Assembly (NCBI RefSeq): GCF_032444005.1 | Contig: NC_091283.1 | Coordinates: forward strand, 41,354,001-41,418,000 | Source of the DNA: Ranitomeya imitator | Lineage: Eukaryota | Direction: 5' to 3' | Length of the DNA: 64,000 bases | Part shown: positions 59,700 through 64,000 of the stretch, piece after piece | How positions within the stretch are numbered: position 1 is the first letter of the stretch | Layout: each line of letters begins with the position of its first letter | Notes under the pieces: model-generated | Databases searched by the model: none | Seen by the model: the letters and a program-made list of their open reading frames with translations, nothing else | Told to the model about the DNA's origin: nothing | Translations under genes and position numbers: made by a program

Positions 59700-62265
59700 T
59701 TTTACCAAGGGTAACAGGATAAAATGGATGCCAAACATTGTTGTACAATCTGTACTGAGTACGCTGATACCCCATATGTGGGGGTAAACCACTGTTTGGG
59801 CGCATGGCAGAGCTCGGAAGGGAAGGAGCGCCATTTGACTTTTAAATGCAAAATTGACAGGAATTGAGATGGGACACCATGTTGCGTTTGGAGAGCCACT
59901 GATGTGCCTAAACATTGAAACCCCCCACAAGTGACACCATTTTGGAAAGTAGACACCCTAAGGAACTTATCTAGATGTGTGGTGACCACTTTGACCCACC
60001 AATTGCTTCACAGAAGTTTATAATGCAGAGCCGTAAAAATAAAAAATCATATTTTTTCACAAAAATGATCTTTTCGCCCCCAATTTTTTATTTTCCCAAG
60101 AGTAAGAGAAGAAATTGAACCTCAAAAATTGTTGGCCAATTTGTCCTGAGTACGCTGATACCCCGTATATGGGTGTAAACCATTGTTTGGGCGTATGGCA
60201 GAGCTCGGAAGGGAAGGAGCGCCATTTTACTTTTCAATGCAAAATTGACTGGAATTGAGATGGGATGCCATGTTGCGTTTGGAGAGCCCCTGATGTGCCT
60301 AAACATTGAAATCCCCACAAGTGACACCATTTTGGAAAGTAGACCCCTTAAGGAACTTATCTAGAGGTGTGGTGAGCACTTTGACCCAACAAGTGCTTCA
60401 CAGAAGTTTATAATGCAGAGCCGTAAAAATAAAAAATCATATTTTTTCACAAAAATAATCTTTTCGCCACCAATTTTTTATTTTCCCAAGGGTAAGAGAA
60501 GAAATTAGACCACAAAAGTTGTTGTGCAATTTGTCCTGAGTGCGACGATACCCCATATGTGGGGGTAAACCACTGTTTGGGCGCATGGCAGAGCTCGGAA
60601 GGAAAGGAGCGCCATTTGACTTTTCAATGCAAAATTGACTGGAATTGAGATGGGACGCCATGTTGCGTTTGGAGAGCCCCTGATGTGCCTAAACATTGGA
60701 ACCCCTCACAAGTGACACCATTTTGAAAAGTAGACCCCTTAAGGAACTTATCTAGATGTGTGGTGAGCACTTTGACCCAACAAGTGCTTCACAGAAGTTT
60801 ATAATGCAGAGCCGTAAAAATAAAAAATCTTATTTTTTCACAAAAATGATCTTTTCGCCCCCAATTTTTTATTTTCCCAAGGGTAAGAGAAGAAATTAGA
60901 CCACAAAAGTTGTTGTGCAATTTGTCCTGAGTGCGACGATACCCCATATGTGGGGGTAAACCACTTTTTGGGTGCATAGCAGAGCTCGGAAGGGAAGGAG
61001 CGCCATTTGACTTTTCAATGCAAAATTGACTGGAATTAAGATGGGACGCCATGTTGGTTTGGAGAGCCCCTGATGTGCCTAAACATTAAAAACCCCCACA
61101 AGTGACACCATTTTGGAAACTAGACCCTCTAAGGAACTTATCTAGATGTGTTTTGAGAGCTTTGAACCCCCAAGTGTTTCACTACAGTTTATAACGCAGA
61201 GCCGTTAAAATAAATTTATTTTTTTTTCGCAAAAATTTTTTAGCCCCCAGTTTTGTATTTTCACAAGGGTAACATAATAAATTGGACCCCAAAAGTTGTT
61301 GTCCAATTTGTCCTGAGTACGCTGATACCCCATATGTGGGGGGGAACCACTGTTTGGGCGCATGGCAGAGCTCGGAAGGGAAGGAGCGCCATTTGGAATG
61401 CAGACTTAGATGGATTGGTCTGCAGGAGTCACGTTGCATTTGCAGAGCCCCTGATGTACCCAAACAGTACAAACCCCCCACACGTGACCCCATATTAGAA
61501 ACTAGACCTCCCATGGAACTTATCTAGATGTGTTGTGAGAACTTTGAACCCCTAAGTGTTTCACTACAGTTTATAACGCAGACCCGTGAAAATAAAAATT
61601 CTTTTTTTTTTTCACAAAAATGATTTTTTAGCCCCCAGCTTTGTATTTTTACAAGGGTAACAGAATAAATTGGACCCCAAAAGTTGTTGTTCAATTTGTC
61701 CTGAGTACGCTGATACCCCATATGTGGGGGGGAACCACTGTTTGGGCTCATGGCAGAGCTCGGAAGGGAAGGAGCGCCATTTGGAATGCAGACTTAGATG
61801 GATTGGTCTGCAGGCGTCACGTTGCATTTGCAGAGCCCCTGATGTACCCAAACAGTAGAAACCACCCACAAGTGACCCCATATTGGAAACTAGACCTCCC
61901 ATGGAACTTATCTAGATGTGTTGTGAAAACTTTGAACCCCCAAGTGTTTCACTACAGTTTACAACGCAGAGCCGTGAAAATAAAAATCCTTTTTTTTCCC
62001 ACAAAAATGATTTTTAGCCCCCCAAATTTTTATTTTCCCAAGGATAACAAGAGAACTTGGACCCAAAAAGTTGTTGTCCAATTTGTCTCGAGTACGCTGA
62101 TACCCCATATGTTGGGGTAAACCCCTGTTTGGGCGCACGGGAGAGCTCGGAAGTGAAGGAGCACTGTTTTACTTTTTCAATGCAGAATTGGCTGGAATTG
62201 AGATCGGACGCCATGTCGCGTTTGGAGAGCCCCTGATGTGTCTAAACAGTGGAAACCCCCCAATT
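59700..62265 (+). repeat. ~390-bp satellite, ~7 units
   Basis: TTGTCCTGAG-type anchor at ~59750, 60141, 60531, 60922, 61308, 61696, 62083. Confidence 0.93.
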
Positions 62266-62269
62266 ATAA

Positions 62270-62445
62270 ATGAAACCCTAATCCAAACGCACCACTAACC
62301 CTAATCCCAACTGTAACCCTAACCACACACCTAACCCAGACACACCCCTAATTCTAATCCCAACCCTAATCCCAACCGTAAATGTAATCCAAACCCTAAC
62401 CCTAGCCCCAACCCTAGCCCTAACCCTAACCCTAACCCTAACCGG
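62270..62445 (-). repeat. Degenerate (CCCTAA)n tract
   Basis: Direct reading; counterpart of 40081-40620. Confidence 0.85.
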
Positions 62446-62492
62446 AAAATGGAAATAAATACATTTTTTTTAATTTTATTATTTTTCCCTAA

Positions 62493-62844
62493 GGCTAGGT
62501 TCACATTGCGTTAGGGAAATCCGTTTAGCACTAGCGGATTGCGCTAACACAATGTCTTTTTAGGTGTCGTGTTTAGTGGTCGCGTTAACGTCCCCGCTCT
62601 GGAAGATCGGGGATCGGACCTCGGGCGCGCCGCGGACGCTGCAAGCAGCGTCTGAGGCGCGCCACAAAAGAATGGCACCTTGCTAGCGCGAGCCGAAAAT
62701 GGCACGCTCTAGCGATGCGCTACACCTAAAAATCACATTGCTGTCAATGGGTGTGCTAACGGACCCATTGCACGGCGTTGTGACATTTTCGCCGTGCAAC
62801 GCTGTCCGTTAGCGTTAACCCATTAACGCAATGTGAACCTAGCC
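62493..62844. mobile_element. PIF/Harbinger MITE
   Basis: TAA flanks; TIR GGCTAGGTTCACATTGCGTTA / TAACGCAATGTGAACCTAGCC. Confidence 0.92.
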
Positions 62845-64000
62845 TAACTAAGGGGGTGATGAAGGGGGGTTTGATTTACTTTTATAGCGTTTTTTATATC
62901 GGATTTTTATGATTGGCAGCCGTCACACACTAAAAGACGCTTTTTATAGCAAAAAAGTTTTTGCGTCTCCACATTTTGAGACCTATAATTTTTCCATATT
63001 TTGGTCCACAGAGTCATGTGAGGTCTTGTTTTTTGCGGGACGAGTTGACGTTTTTATCGGTTACATTTTCGGACACGTGACAGTTTTTGATCGCTTTTTA
63101 TTCCGATTTTTTTGTGAGGCAGAATGACCAAAAACCAGCTATTCATGAATTTCTTTTGGGGGAGGCGTTTATACCGTTCCGCGTTTGGTAAAATTGATGA
63201 AGCAGTTTTATTCTTCGGGTCAGTACGATTACAGCGACACCTCATTTATATCATTTTTTTTATGTTTTGGCGCTTTTATACGATAAAAGCTATTTTATAG
63301 AAAAAATAATTATTTTGGCATCGCTTTATTCAGAGGACTATAACTTTTTTATTTTTTTGGTTATGATGCTATATGGCGGCTCGTTTTTTGCGGGACAAGA
63401 TGACGTTTTCAGAGGTAACATGGTTATTTATATCCGTCTTTTTGATCGCGTGTTATTCCACTCTTTGTTCAGCGTTATGATAATAAAGCGTTGTTTTTTG
63501 GCTCGTTTTTTTTTTTTTTTTCTTACGGTGTTCACTGAAGGGGTTAACTAGTGGGCCAGTTTTATAGGTCGGGTCGTTACGGACGCGGCGATACTAAATA
63601 TGTGTACTTTTATTGTTTTTTTGTTTTTTTTTTATGTAAAGAAATGTATTTATGGGAATAATATTTTTTTTTTTTCTGCTTTATTTAGGAATTTTTTTTT
63701 TATTTTTTTTTTTACAAGTGTGGAAATTTTTTTTTTGACTTTTTCACTTTGTCCCAGGGGGGGACATCACAGATCACCGATCTGACAGTGTGCACAGCAC
63801 TCTGTTAGATCGGTGATCTAACATACAGCCGGGCAGGATTAGAGCTGCAGCTGCAGCCTGATCCTGACCCGGAAGTGCTCCCTGCAGGACCCGGATGCAG
63901 CCCGGCGGCCATTTTGGATCCGGGGACTGCAGGGAGAAGACGCTCGGTACACGGTGAGCACATCACCGTGTACCGATCGTCTCAGGGAAGCACGCAGGGA

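Larger units (their letters stand above)
59053..64000. mobile_element. Second large piggyBac-like non-autonomous element, inverted relative to the first, runs off the window
   Basis: TTAA|CCCCTTA at 59049-59059; 59080-59600 matches the reverse complement of ~42050-42630. Confidence 0.75.

Overview
Repeat-dense vertebrate DNA, very probably anuran (inferred from CR1/L2/Tc1/Kolobok-T2/Harbinger/piggyBac/Helitron/Sushi-like content). No host protein-coding exon, rRNA, tRNA or CRISPR array is recognisable; it reads as a large intron or intergenic region. Main elements: (1) DD34E Tc1 at 4231-5863 with only two lesions; (2) non-autonomous Helitron at 10843-12878 with a 39-bp minisatellite; (3) 5'-truncated CR1 and L2 LINEs with open RT frames; (4) an older, internally deleted chromovirus (30186-38499, 5-bp TSD) whose 3' LTR holds a young, nearly intact Sushi/Tf1-like chromovirus (32096-37909, 6-bp TSD, self-priming PBS signature); (5) two large TTAA-flanked piggyBac-like non-autonomous elements carrying a ~390-bp satellite and degenerate telomeric repeats; (6) a DD38E-spaced (Intruder-type) Tc1 split by a solo LTR; (7) a Harbinger-type end followed by a ~2.9-kb inverted telomere-like array and then the start of a MADF/Myb-like ORF. 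Several non-repetitive islands may be cis-regulatory (inference only). All alignments and counts were done by eye; family names come from motif recognition, not database searches.
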